Below are positions 12,074 to 24,836 of a DNA stretch of 64,000 bases, piece by piece; the stretch's first letter is position 1, and every line of letters starts with the position of its first letter. A model generated the notes under the pieces. The model made no database searches, was not told the origin of the DNA, and saw only the letters and a program-made list of their open reading frames with translations. The stretch is from Phyllobates terribilis (lineage: Eukaryota): NCBI RefSeq assembly GCF_046119375.1, contig NW_027362761.1, positions 873,642,001 through 873,706,000 on the forward strand, read 5' to 3'. Both the position numbers and the translations under genes were made by a program.

Positions 12074-13026
12074 CTAGTTTAAAGCTCTCCTGATGAGTGT
12101 AGCAAGGCGACTTCCAAATACACGTTTTCCAGTCTTCGTAAGGTGCACCCCATCTCTAGCAAGTAGTCCATCATATAGGTAATTCATTCCGTGATCCAGA
12201 AATCCAAATACTTGTTGACGGCACCATCGACGTAGCCAGTTGTTCACCTGTAGAATCTTATTCCACCTCATTGTTCCATGGCGATCCACTGGGAGGATGG
12301 ATGAGAAGACCACCTGCACTCCCAATTCTTTGACTTTCTTGCCTAAGTTTTCAAAGTCACTGCAGATGGTTTCCAGGTCCTTTCTTGTGGTGTAATTTGT
12401 CCCCACATGTATTAGCAGGAATGGGTATTGATCTGTAGGTCTGAAGAGTCTTGATATCCTGTCAGACGCATCTTTAATTTTTGCACCTGGAAGACAGCAC
12501 ATTTCTCTTGAGGTTATGTCTGGTCTGCAGATAGCAGCCTCTGTTCCTCTCAACAGGGAATCCCCCATGACCACCACTCTCCGTTTTTTCTTCACAACAT
12601 TTTTCTTTCTCCATCCAGTAGGATTCTGAAGGTTTACAAGGTTATTCATTGTGGGCAAAGTCTTATCTTGCTGTATTTCTTCGTGGTTCTCCTGCGTGAG
12701 AGCCTGGTACTGTTTCCTGAGCAGTATGGGTGCTGACTGCCTCTCGATCCTCCTGCTTCTCTGGGTCACATGCTTCCATTCCTCTGTTTCGTCAGGTGCA
12801 GTTCGAATTTCTTCTCTTTCTGTATCATGAAGAGATAATTCTGCTCTGTCTAAGAACTCTTCACCTTCTTTAATGATTTTCAAGGTAGTTAACCTCTCTT
12901 CTAGATTTCCCTCCAACAGGGACACAAGCTTGCATTTCTGGCATGTGAAGTTTGGTTTTCCACTGGCAAGTCTGTGAACATGTAGCAGGATATGCAGCTC
13001 ACCAAATGGCTCCTGGACCCTTCCAT
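12074..13026 (-). pseudogene. CR1 ORF1: CxxC-CxxC zinc finger, coiled coil, SGNH/GDSL esterase
   Basis: VVVMGDSLLRG, CCLPGAKI, IHVGTN, DGVHL motifs. ATG at 13026 with SCISCY...TCQKC separated by one frameshift. Confidence 0.88.
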
Positions 13027-13082
13027 GTTCTTATTGTTAATGTGTTATGAAAACAGTGAAAAACGCTCCAAAATTGGCGCGC

Positions 13083-13460
13083 GGTTTACCGATGTCCTCC
13101 TTTCAGCTCCAACGGCCAAAATCCAGTGTTCTTTGAGCTCGCGGATACTCTTCACTTATCCCAAAATGCAGTAGGAATATGCAAATTATCTCCTCAGGAC
13201 TCCTCCCCTGGTTTACCGATGTCCTCCTTTCAGCCCCACAGCCAAAATCCAGTGTTCTTTGAGCTCGCGGATACTCTTCACTTATCCCAAAATGCAGTGG
13301 GAATATGCAAATTATCTTCTCAGGACTCCTCCCCTGGTTTACCGATGTCCTCCTTTCAGCCCCAACAGCCAAAATCCAGTGTTCTTTGAGCTCGCGGATA
13401 CTCTTCACTTATCCCAAAATGCAGTGGGAATATGCAAATTATCTCCTCAGGACTCCTTCC
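13083..13460. repeat. About 126-bp x3 tandem monomers in the presumptive CR1 5' UTR
   Basis: GGTTTACCGATGTCC recurs at 13083, 13210 and 13336. Confidence 0.9.
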
Positions 13461-14040
13461 CTGAGGAGGCATTTTCTTGAAGCTCAGGGCCCGCAGCCTC
13501 GCACCACCAGGACACCCCCTTCTCCCATCATGTGCCCACAGCATCGCCCCACTCCTGCCCTCGTCGCCTTCCTGCAGCAGTGACCCTGCCTCCTGTGACA
13601 CCGGTCCACCACCACCGCTCTCCCTCCAGTAAGCTACATTCGGATTATAAGATGCACCCCCATTTTTCTCCCAAATTTGGGGGAAAATAAGTTTGTCAAA
13701 TAAGCCGAAAAATAAGGTAATTTGTAATATTTTACTTAAGAGCTCAAATTGGTTAATTTTGAGATCTCAAAAAAGCCACAATAAATTTTAGTTTGCACTA
13801 CAATAGTGTTTTCTGAAGCATTTATTTCCCATTTTATTATTTTAATGTTTTATAAAGAATAGCCTCTTATGTATAATAGTATAGATAACATTTCTGTTTA
13901 TGTTACTGTTTGCTGTCATTCTATCTGTTTAGAATTTCGCAAGTTAATTTAGCAAACTCAGCCCCCATGTATTGAATGCCATCTGTCACCGGGTCTTCTT
14001 TTAGAATGCTTTCTTTTACAGGAGATAATGCAGAGCTTAC

Positions 14041-14094
14041 CTCTAATTCAATAGTTTTTATAGTAGCAAAAGACTTCCAGTTCTGAGATCTTAT
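14041..14094 (-). other. Candidate 54-nt exon of an unidentified host gene (IRSQNWKSFATIKTIELE)
   Basis: Minus strand: TTTCTTTCACTCTGTGCAG acceptor and GAG|GTAAG donor, open in phase 0. Protein not recognised. Confidence 0.35.
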
Positions 14095-15740
14095 CTGCAC
14101 AGAGTGAAAGAAACAGTGTCAACCTACATAGAACACATCTTGTCGCCCTGCCAATAGTGTGAGCTTAAACATTAGATGCTGACCCATATTTCAAGACAGA
14201 GACAGAGATCAGCCCCTCATCCAAAAAAGTACGTTGAGATATCTTACAGTATATTCATTTCCAGACATTGAATCAGGTGATAATATCAGTTCAAAGATGA
14301 ATTAGAACTACAGTACAGTGGCTCCCCGGCTCTGAATAGGCAAAGGCTCATGACTCCATGTTATTTTCGATTCTTTCTGACTGTGACATTATGCTGTCAT
14401 CTAATAGCAATTCATTGTTGATAAAAAATATAAACTTCATAATCCAAGCAACTGAAATAAAACTCCAATATTCTCACAACCCCTCTTAATTCACAGGCAA
14501 AATAAGCCTGGATGCAAGGTTATTAAGGTTTATTATGTATCATGAATGGACTGAATGCAAGAACAAGGAGTTGTAATTGCAAAGTACTCTAATCCTGGCA
14601 CAGTTCCATTACGACAAGTTGAATTGCATTTCCAATGTTTTCCTTTATTGAAATACACCTTGGAGCCGATTAATCAAAGCTTCTACGACAGAAGGCTGGT
14701 GTAAAAGCATTGAAAAGCAGTACAATTTTGCCAAAATGGTGAGTTGCGCGACTTATGGCGTTTTCACACCAGATTGAATCAGCTCTGCCGAAATGGTTAG
14801 AGCTGGAGTAGAGCCAGGGTGGGACAAATGTCACTAATAACCTGTAAGTCAGACATGGCATATTACACTTATCTGTAAGACTTGTGCCCTATGCAAGCTT
14901 CATCTGTGTGCATTTACTATATTAGGCAACCACCCCCTCTATGAATGGTAGGCTTGTGATTGGTTGTTATATCACTATTTTGCACCTTTGCTGCCCCCAC
15001 CTTTATCATGCGGGTCTGATGCACCCTGCAGTGCATTGGTATTGTGACCTGATGCTGGTAAGTAAGGCTACTCTTTTTCTGTGATGTATTTTGACTTTTT
15101 GTCCTTTTCGATGAGTTGCTTGTGTGACATATGGATTGGAACGCTGAAATATTTTTCTTAAGCATCTACAACAATGACATGTTGCTGTTTGTGCCAAAAT
15201 TTTGGCGAAACCACAATGAGAAATGTTCCTTTTGTGTTTCATTTAGCAAAAGTTTCAATAAAAACTACATTTAAAAGAAATCATCTCCATAAACCTGTAG
15301 TAGGATATGTGCACACTATGTCCTTTTCAGGTGGACATAACCACCAAATTTTTCTAGCAGAAACTGTGACTGTAGCTGCCAACATTTTCCAGTCATTTTC
15401 ATTTGTTTGGTCATTTTTTGTGGCTTCTTTGCAGCAGCTCCTGAAGCTTTTTCCAGTCTTGTTTTCTGCTGACATCTTTTCAGCTTTCCCATTGACTTGA
15501 ATTGTAAAGTACAGCGCTTCTTCTGAGAGTAAAACACCAGAATAATGGACATGTGAATTCTTTTAACCGCTTGGTGTCTTTTGATTCCTTAAATGGTTAA
15601 AAGACATTCCAATAACTGAACGTGTGCTCAGCTAGTCGTTTTTCAATAGAAAAGTATATGTTCATTCTTTGGAGCATTTTCTGACAGTTTTTTCAGGTGG
15701 TATTCTGAGGCAGAATTCACATGGAAAGATACCCTTAGAG

Positions 15741-16040
15741 CATGCATGTCAAACTCAGGCCTGTGGGCCAAATCTAGCCAGCATGGTGGTTTTATTTGTC
15801 TCACAACACCAGAATCACCACCCCTATGTGAGGCCATTATTCTGTATGGAGTTCTATATGGGGCCATTATTCTGTATGGAGGACTATGTTGTGCCAATAA
15901 TACTGTATGGGGGACTATGTGGGGCCCATTGTTCTGTATGGAGGACTTTGTGGGGCCCATTTTACTGTATACTGATTGTACTGAGACTTTGTCCAAGTTT
16001 TTCATTTTGGCCCTCTGTGTGTTTGAGTTTGACATCCTTG
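15741..16040. mobile_element. hAT MITE with internal ~30-bp minisatellite
   Basis: Perfect 8-bp TSD CCTTAGAG at 15733-15740 and 16041-16048. TIR CA(T/A)G(C/G)ATGTCAAACTC. Confidence 0.88.
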
Positions 16041-16057
16041 CCTTAGAGCAACTTTTA

Positions 16058-17180
16058 CAGGTGCATCTCACAAAATTAGAATATTATCAAAAAGTTAATT
16101 TATTTCAGTTCTTCAATACAAAAAGTGAAACTCATATGTTATATAGAGTCATTACAAACAGAGTGAGCTATTTCAAGTGTTTATTTCTGTTAATGTTGAT
16201 GATCATGGCTTACAGCCAATGAAAAACACAAAAGTCATTATCTCAGTAAATTAGAATACTTTGTAACAACAGCTTGAAAAATGTTTTTAAAATCCGAAAT
16301 GTTGGCCTACTGAAATGTATGTTCAGTAAATTCACTCAATACTTGGTCGGGGCTCCTTTTGCATCAATTACTGCATCAATGTGGCGTGGCATGGAGGCGA
16401 TCAGCCTGTGGCACTGCTGAGGTGTTATGGAAGCCCAGGTTGCTTTGATAGCAGCCTTCAGCTTGTCTGCATTGTTGGGTCTGGTGTCTCTCATCTTCCT
16501 CTTGACAATACCTCATAGATTCTCTATGAGGTTAAGGTCAGGCGAGTTTGCTGGCCAATCAAGTACTGTTGTTTTTAAACCAGGTATTGGTACTTTTGGC
16601 AGTGTGGACAGGTGCCAAGTCCTGCTGGAGAATAAAATTTCCATCTCCAAAAAGCTTGTCGGCAGATGGAAGCATGACGTGCTCTAAAATTTCCTGGTAG
16701 ACAGCTGTTCTGACTTTGGTCTTGATAAAACACAGTGGACCTACACCAGCAGATGACATGGCTCCCCAAACCATCACTGATTGTGGAAACTTCACACTAG
16801 ACCTCAAGCAGCTTGGATAGTGTGCCTCTCCACTCTTCCTCCAGACTCTGGGACCTTGATTTCCAAATAAAAATTGTAACTCTGGGACCTTGTGGAGGGT
16901 GTCAATGACTGCCTTCTGAACATACGTCAAGTCAGCAGTCTTCCCTATGATTGTGGAGCCTACTGAAACAGACTAAGTGACCTTTTTAAATGCTTAGGAA
17001 GCCTTTGCAGGTGTTTTTTGTTAATTATTTTAACTTACTGAGATGGCTTTTGTGTTTTCATTGGCTGTAAGCCATAATCATCAACATTAACAGAAACAAA
17101 CACTCTAAATAGATCATTCTATTGAAGAACTGAAATAAATTAACTTTTTGATGATGTTCTAATTTAGTGAGATGCACCTG
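16058..17180 (-). mobile_element. Internally deleted Tc1 transposon
   Basis: TA-CAGGTGCATCTCAC ... GTGAGATGCACCTG-TA. Transposase C-terminal fragment SVMVWGAMSSAGVGPL...LQQDLAPVHTAKST. Confidence 0.92.
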
Positions 17181-17288
17181 TATTTGGTCCAAGAAGCTTT
17201 AGTACATAGTACAACCCCCTTGACACACGTCATACAGTTCACAGTATAACTCACTTAGTATTGACCACAGTGTTACTCACTATTACAG

Positions 17289-17471
17289 GTGGTTGAAGAG
17301 AACGGTGCTTGGCCTGGTGAGTGTCACATGTCATTCTCTGCATCAAGGTTTCCCTTATTATACTAGCCCAAGAGGTCACTATCTTCACTGTGGAACTCCT
17401 TTTTTACTTAACCCAGGGTGGTGAAGCTTCTACTGCACAAGTCAAGGCATTTGACATTAATGGATGCACAG
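17289..17471 (+). other. Two candidate spliced microexons (17289-17316, 17417-17471)
   Basis: Both have CAG acceptors and GTGAGT donors, separated by a 100-nt intron-like segment. One joined frame is open (WLKRTVLGLGGEASTAQVKAFDINGCT). Product unrecognised. Confidence 0.3.
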
Positions 17472-17542
17472 GTGAGTTTTCCTATTTCTGTCACATCTCT
17501 AAACCCTGTTTTCTATGGTTTAATACCTATGTGGTGAATTTA

Positions 17543-18455
17543 GGCTGTGTGCCCACGATGCGGATTTAATGCGTTTCTGCGACAGCATTTCCACCGCGAA
17601 AACACATTAAAATCACTTGGTAAGAGGTCTGGGATGTATCCCAATGATAATCCGCATGTGCTGTGCACATGCTGCGGAAATTTCCGCTGCAGATTATCAT
17701 TGTGGAAAAATCCGCAGCACAACCAATTTGGGCCCAATTTCGAGCCTATTGACTTGCATTGAACCGCATAACATCCGCATGTATACATGCGGATGTTATG
17801 CTGTTCAATGCGCGGATGGTACCCAGGTCTGGAGAAGAGGAGACTATCCTCCAACCCGAGTACCATGGTATATGTAAGTTAAAAAAGAATTATAAAGTAA
17901 AAAATAAAAAAATATTCATACTCGGCGGCCCGCGGTGTACTTGCAGGACCTGCAGAGACGTCATTTAGTCAGCTGATGGTCACGCAACCGCTGACGTCAG
18001 CGGTCAGGTGATGGTCACGTGACCATCAGCTGACTAAATAACGTCACCGCAGGTCCTTACAGGACACCGCGGGACGCCGAGGAGAGAGGACGCTGCCGGG
18101 AGGAGACTGAGAGCCGCCGGAGAGGTGAATATAAGGTTTTTTATTTCTTTTTACTTATTAATTCATTTTTTTTTTTACTTTAAATGCAGCATTTGAAGTA
18201 GAAATTTCGTCTAAGTTGGTCACACAATATAAATCCATGCCAGTTGCATGGATTTATATTGTGTGACCAACTTGTCAAGCACTTTTCCAAGTGATGCTCA
18301 AAATCGCTTGGAAAAACGCTTGAAAAAAACACATCCATAAAAGCATGTAAAAACGCTGAAAAAACGCATGTAAGATCCACATGTGTTTTCTGCCAAGGAG
18401 ATTCAGAAATGCTCAGGAAATTTCTGCTTCAAATCTGCATCGTGGGCACATAGCC
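17543..18455. mobile_element. T2/Kolobok-type palindromic MITE
   Basis: GGCTGTGTGCCCACGATGC ... GCATCGTGGGCACATAGCC. Same family as 1-791. Confidence 0.8.
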
Positions 18456-19100
18456 TTAGAATTTTAAGCCAATCTGAAATATATGCGTCATCTCCAAAAT
18501 ACTGTAAATATATAAATTTTTGTTAATTTAAGCCAATGTGTTCAATAGAATATTAGGAAGAACAATCTCTCAAGGAAAATTGCGTTTTGTAATAATTTCT
18601 CTTCATTTCTTTGTTTTATTTTTTCTTTCTACAGCCTTTTGTAAGATAAATTATGTCTTTCTGTAACTCATGCGCTAAGCAGTCTTGCCCTCCTGTATTA
18701 CTCCCCAGTGAAGAGAGTTCATGACTACACCTTCTATCATGCCCAAGGGCCTACACTGTGGAGCAAGGGCAGCACAGCAAAATTTATATACATCTTGTGG
18801 ATCCCATGATTGATCACATTATCTCCTGAATGAATGAATGTTGGGTATTAGGTCAGAACCGCTACAAGAAAATGCAGGAACGTCAAAACAGATGACATCC
18901 GAAAAATGAAAATGTCCTGTAGTTTAGATAGAAAAAATATTATCAGTAATTATAAAAAGATAGTAACAAAGTAAAATCCAAACTGGTGCCCTACAACCAT
19001 ATCAAAGATGCTAAACTACTCACATTTTATCATATATAAACATATGCATAAAAATTACCGCTCCAGGTTTTTTAAATTATTTCACTACCAAAAATGTAAT

Positions 19101-20146
19101 TGTGGCACCCCAGGGGTCTGGTTGCCACAGTAATAGAAATATTACGTCTGAGAGCAAGTGGGAGGTTTCTCTGGTCAGGAGCCCTTAAGCATGCAACACC
19201 TCCTGCCCAGACCTGGGAGGGGAAGAATCTGCCCTTATAAACTAGGTCTGGGGCGGGATTAGTCAGTCAGAGTCAGAGGGAGAACAAGCAGACACAGGGA
19301 AAGAAACAGCAGGAGCTCTGTAGGAGCAGAAGCTGAGTGCCAGGGACTGGAAGCAGATATATTGCTCGTCCTGGCTGAAGAGACTATTACCGGACAACGG
19401 AGTCCGAGGCTGTGGGAACCTCTAAGTCCAGCAGCAGAACCCAGCCGGCAGGGGATTCCAGGTCCTCTGGTGATAGAAGCCCGGAGGCTCAGTCACAAGG
19501 AAGGGACCAGCACCGCCATCGAGGAGCGGAGGCTATCAGAAGGCCCCAAGTCACCAGCCATACGGGTGAGCACCACACGGTATACTCAGGGACGTGGGCT
19601 ACTTCCACTCGCTTACAGCAAGGTAGCCAGGAAGAGTGCAGATAGACGGGGAGGCCTACAACTCCACCTGGCCAGGGGAACTCCAGTTTGTTCACAGACT
19701 GACCAGGCCCCTTATGCTAGCCAGTACTCCCGGGAGGGTCTGCCTTAATATCATCAGTAAAGACCCTGAACTGCACTGCAAAGACTCTGAGTCGTTCCTG
19801 CTTTCTCACCGCATACTGCACTACTAGTACTGGGACGCCCGTGCACCATCACTCCTATCATCCACATTCCCTGCCCTGAGGCTATACTCTTCCCGTGGGG
19901 AGTTATCCCATCTTTTGCTGCGCACACCACACCAGCCTCAGCTTACTGCCTCGCAGCGGCGGTACACCCTGACCGCAATCCACGGGTGGCGTAGTTGGAC
20001 AATTAACCTAAAACCTATAAAAGACTGCCACTGGTTTGACCACCCTGAGCCACGGGACCGGGTCGCCACCACGGAGACTACAACCCCCAGAGACCCGGCT
20101 CTGGGTAACCCACACACGTCGCACACCCGGCCCAGGGGGCGCGTCA
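19101..20146 (+). mobile_element. Gypsy solo LTR (family B)
   Basis: TGTGGCACCCC...GGGGCGCGTCA with perfect 4-bp TSD TAAT. Confidence 0.92.
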
Positions 20147-21109
20147 TAATGAAAATCAGTAATGTATGTTCCCTGAATGCAGAAAAATACTTACAAGTGG
20201 CCGTCTACCTACTGTTTCTATCACCACTCTAGTTCCTCTCCGCCAACTTGTGACCACAACTCTGACTGACCGGAATTCTCTGCCAACTGTTACTTTATCA
20301 ATACAAGTCTATGAGTCATTAACAAATATATTAGAGTAGAATTGAGTTCTACTCAAATATTACAAACATTTAGATTTGCCAAAATGCAGATTTTTTTGTC
20401 ATTTGCTTCTGCGTGGATTCAACTGCTGGCTGTCATTTTGCTGAATCGCAAACGGCTATGAAAAGGTAAAAAAAACACACTCATCTCTACAACCCCTTTG
20501 CTCCTCATTGTCACCCATCCAGTCCTTGTTGAATTTTCTTATCTCAACCACAACCACTGAATCCCCAGGCGTCTTCATGCTCTGTCAGAAATTCCGGTTG
20601 TGATGAGGCAAAGCATGGCAAGGTCATAGCGAACATCATGACATCATGACCTTATGTGCACTTTTTTACTGCTTTTTCAGGCAGGTTCCAGGCAGAATCT
20701 GCCTGAAAAAGACATCATGTGTACATGCCCTCATATAGTACCAGCTGTACTAGTATCCACATAATAGCAACAGCAAGCAGTGCTTTCTATATAATAATGT
20801 CAGTCACAGTCCCAATATAGGAATACAATATAATAATACTAGTCATAGTTCCCATACAATAATACCAGAAATAGTTCTCATACAACAGTGCAAACCATGG
20901 AACAAATATCATAGTGAAAGTTGTATTGCATGTACAATATAAATGTTCCAGATGTAGTAGTACATTTATAATATAATCCTTGTAATATATACTCCTCAAA
21001 AATGAAATTAGAACTCCAAGAAGGAAAAGTCGTAGAGTCAAGTAAATTACAGGATTCAGAGATACATTAATGATACGCAAATGATGACAAAAATGGCAAC
21101 AAAATTTTC

Positions 21110-21810
21110 AAGACATCTCGATTTATTCAGTAAGCCGTATGAATGACATACACCGAAATACATGCACTTACACGCTTTGGCTTGCTATGAATGAGGTTAT
21201 TGATGTCTGAGGAATGTTCTGCCACACTTGGGCAAGCAAATCATCAAGATACCGGTCTGAAACGCGTCTGCTCTGACTAGACCCCGCTTGGGGTTGTGAC
21301 ATTATGCTAAATGCCACATGCTTGCTTGTATTTTACCTTGCTACAATAAAGATTGTTTGGATCTTATGGGACTCCTGAAGCTGGATGCATACCTTCCTTT
21401 GATTGAACCCCTATGAATGACGTACACCGAAATACATGCACTTACACACTTTAGCATGTTCTGAATGAGGTTATTGATGTCTGAGGAATGTTCTGCCATA
21501 CTTGGCCAAACAAATCATCAAGATCTGCTGCTCACAGCTCCCAATGCCATTGCCAACCAATTTCGTCTCAACTATGCTCGATGGGAAACAAGTTTGGAGA
21601 AGCTGCAGGACAAGGTAGCGCATTTCGGCCACACAGGCTGCTCACAGTTGCATGAGCAACATGTGGCCTGATTTTGTCTTTGTGCTGGGAAAATGGCTAC
21701 TAGGACCCTTAGGAAAATTACTATACCACCAGATCCATGACCAAATCATTATAGAGCCGAGCTGTTGGAGTCTCTGAAATAAAGATGAGAAGCGAATGTT
21801 AAGCCATCCC
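21110..21810 (-). mobile_element. Old Tc1-like fossil
   Basis: Minus strand encodes degenerate transposase C-terminal motifs (WQNIPQTSIN.LIHS...VSACIS) and an IMVW-like motif near 21815. Confidence 0.5.
21251..21411 (+). mobile_element. Short Penelope-like 3' end fragment
   Basis: Contains GAAACGCGTC (3' half of a minimal hammerhead) at 21259-21268 and AATAAA at 21345. Flanked by 113-bp direct repeats. Confidence 0.5.
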
Positions 21811-24800
21811 AGACCATAATCCAAGTAGTAGGACTGATTTGACAATCACTCTTGACAGTCTCTTCATGGCATTGCTCACATGGTTACTTCGCTTCAGTTA
21901 CTTCCCAGAATGGAGCAAACACACATTACTTTCCTTCCTTTCTGAGTTTCCTTAAAACTGCTTCACAGGAAAGTGCTGCTCACATATAGTTTGATTGCAT
22001 GAGCAATGCCTCTTCTAGCTCTCCAGAATCGTAATCTACCATCAATTATTTTCAGTGCAGCAGTCTCCTACAAAGAACCTTGTACAATCAGTTGTTCAAT
22101 AGAGATGAGAAAATTAATTTGATGTAAATCGAATTTGTGTCAAATTTCATGAAATTCTCTAGTCTTGATGAATTTGAGCAACTTGCAGTTTGATTCATGG
22201 AAATCACCAAAAACAGGTAGGAACCATTTTACATATTGCATAAGAAGACATCTGCCAGAGAAGTCTCACATAACTTCAAGGGAAGTCGCACAGGCTTACC
22301 CTTAATGACTTGCAGCTATCACGTCACATGATATAGTGCAGCCAATTAGGAAGGACTATTAGAGCCACTATAAAAGTTGAGGTACTAAAAGCAGCAGTCA
22401 TTTTATAATTTTACAGCATAGAGAGAATACCTCAGCATGTACATCATTAGACATAGGAAGTGGAAATACTAAAGCATTTGACAAATACTCAAGGCAGACT
22501 GTGTTTTACACCTGAAGCACTGAAGAAGAGGAGTGCTGTATACACTCTGAAAATAATACAGAGATTCAATTGATAGGAGATTAGATAAGAGAACTGACAG
22601 CAGCTTGTCAGTGATTCATTCTTCATGTACTAGAATGCAGCAAAGCAGGCCACGATGATCAATATTTTATGAAAAAAAGAAGCTGAAACCAGTGTCTGTC
22701 AGAAAAAGTGTGCTGGTTGCCACAAGAAACTGTACTGTGTTTTTGCATTTTGTGCAATCAATTTTGAGAAAGGGGGAACAATTCTAAACAATTTAAATAG
22801 AAAATGGGAATTTTCTCAATATTCAGACATTTAACTATAACTGTGTACCTCACAAAGTGTGTGTCGCAAACAATTATTCTAGCACATCTATTTTACTAAT
22901 CAAATTTTACATCTATATATACAGTACTATTGCAACACAGTGGTTGCAGGTGCTGCCCATTCTGGGAAAAGGGTGGTTAAATCTTGTTAATAAACTAAAG
23001 AAAAATTCTTAAAAAAAAAACTACACTTAACTTTTTGTAAACCTGTTTTACTAGACCAATTTGAAAACCATAAGCACCGTGACAATACTGCAAGCTGTTG
23101 CCATATTTTGCTTTCAAGGCATGTACAGTAAAAAACAATGTAGCATTTTTTGTTACAGACTTTTTATCAATGGGGAAAATATGGTGAATATTGTTGTCCT
23201 CTGACTACTCCTCCTTCTCTGTCACACCGTCAGATATCCATCCCTGATTGTATGTCACGGAAATAGGTGTAACACTCCCTGTCTTCTGCTTGTGTGCCAT
23301 CTCAGTTTTTATCTGGTCAAGTTGCTGGTGGTGCAGTCAATGATGTACCACTGTTGTTCACCACATTTCAAGAAATAATGGTGTGTGTTCAGCCTCACTG
23401 GAAGATACCCAGCCACTTTGATTTCTCACAGAAAAGGGTGCCTGCTGAATGCTGTCATGGTCAGAAGAATGTCAGCTGCTGCTCTCGACTAGTCTTTGAG
23501 CCCGAAAGTGCACTGCATTGTAGACACCTAGAGTAGCATCTAAGAACACATACTGTATATGTCTTTCATAGCCCACTGGGTGAATGCTTTGTAAATGTAC
23601 CACTACTGAACCACTACTGTACCACCACTGTAGTTGTTGCCGAATGATGCATATGTGACATGCCAGGCCAGCTAATCAAAATCAGAAACCTGGATAGCGT
23701 CAGGTAAAAGGTGGTTGTCAAAGCTCCCATCCAGCAGCCACAAATTACTGATGGGGCAGATTGAACAGGTTTTGTTCATTGATTTTCACCAACTCTATAG
23801 CACACCATTTAAAGTTGGCAAATTCATATTTTAAATCATTCAATCATCTCTAGTGTTCAATATGTAGTGGAAGCAAGGTCAGGTCTGCAATATGGATGAT
23901 CGATCCACAGACAATCGAATTTGACGTAAATTCCATGAAACTCGCAGGTCCCTACGAATTCGAACAGTTTGCAAACTGATAGGCGCAGATCGGACAAAAA
24001 AAATGCGGTACCATTTCACACACTACTGAGTCACAGAGGAAGCTAATGATGTCAGGGGCCTCCAGGCGGCTTACCCATGTTGTCCTGCAGCGATCATATC
24101 ACATTGTCTAGCACAGCCAATCAGGGGGGACTATCACCGCAGTATAGAAGTTGGGGGCTTTTACAGTATAGAAATAAACATCGGAATGTACAGCTCTTTT
24201 CATATAGGGACATAAAAAGGCCAAAATTGGTAAAGAATATAGTAACCATACTCCATTCGCCACACCACCTGTACGTTGACAAGTCACTCTGGACTCTGAC
24301 TCTTCTTAACAAATTTTACCTATGTACAATTTAACTCCATCTAATGTACCTTTCTCCCACTCAGGATCAGCATTCGGGAGGGGAGAAAACTGGGCAATTG
24401 TGCAGCGCCCCATCCACAAAGGGGCCCCCTGCTTCTGCAGGCCCTACATGAAGTGGACAGAGAATGTACAGCATTACTTACAGTGTATAATGCCGTGTGT
24501 CCTCCGTAGTCCAGTCCGGTACATCTCTCTTTCTCTCCTGGCAGTGTCGGATGAGAGGGAGGGGCTGGCCTAAAGCACATCAGTGTGCAGACAAAATAAG
24601 AAGCAGCCTGCAAACCTGTCTGAGTTGTGTACCCTTCTTCATCATGGTGTCTGACCCTCCACGACAGTCATGGGATCTGCACAAGTGAAGTAGAACCTGG
24701 CAAGCAAGTATATATATGTATGTGTGTACATATGCAGTACACAGTGTGTGTCTGTATATGTATGTATTATGTATGAATTTTTATGTGTGTACATAGACAC

Positions 24801-24836
24801 AGTATATAATATGTGTGTAGATATGTGTATATATAT

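Larger units (their letters stand above)
6755..13475 (-). mobile_element. Near full-length CR1 LINE interrupted by two insertions
   Basis: 3' tail (ATTCTATGATTC on minus) at 6755; ORF2 APE endonuclease + RT; ORF1 zinc finger + SGNH esterase; tandem monomers upstream of ORF1. Confidence 0.93.

Noticed and set aside
15643-16222. Overlapping 125-158 aa ORFs
   Set aside because: They run across a hAT MITE minisatellite and a Tc1 terminus, so they are composite artefacts.
17418-17471. Ankyrin-like VVKLLL peptide
   Set aside because: Only six residues match, and that frame is incompatible with the adjacent candidate exon.
23050-23530. Protein-like minus-strand reading (LHHQQLDQIKTEMAHKQK...)
   Set aside because: At least four stops and no recognisable homology. 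Not distinguishable from chance.
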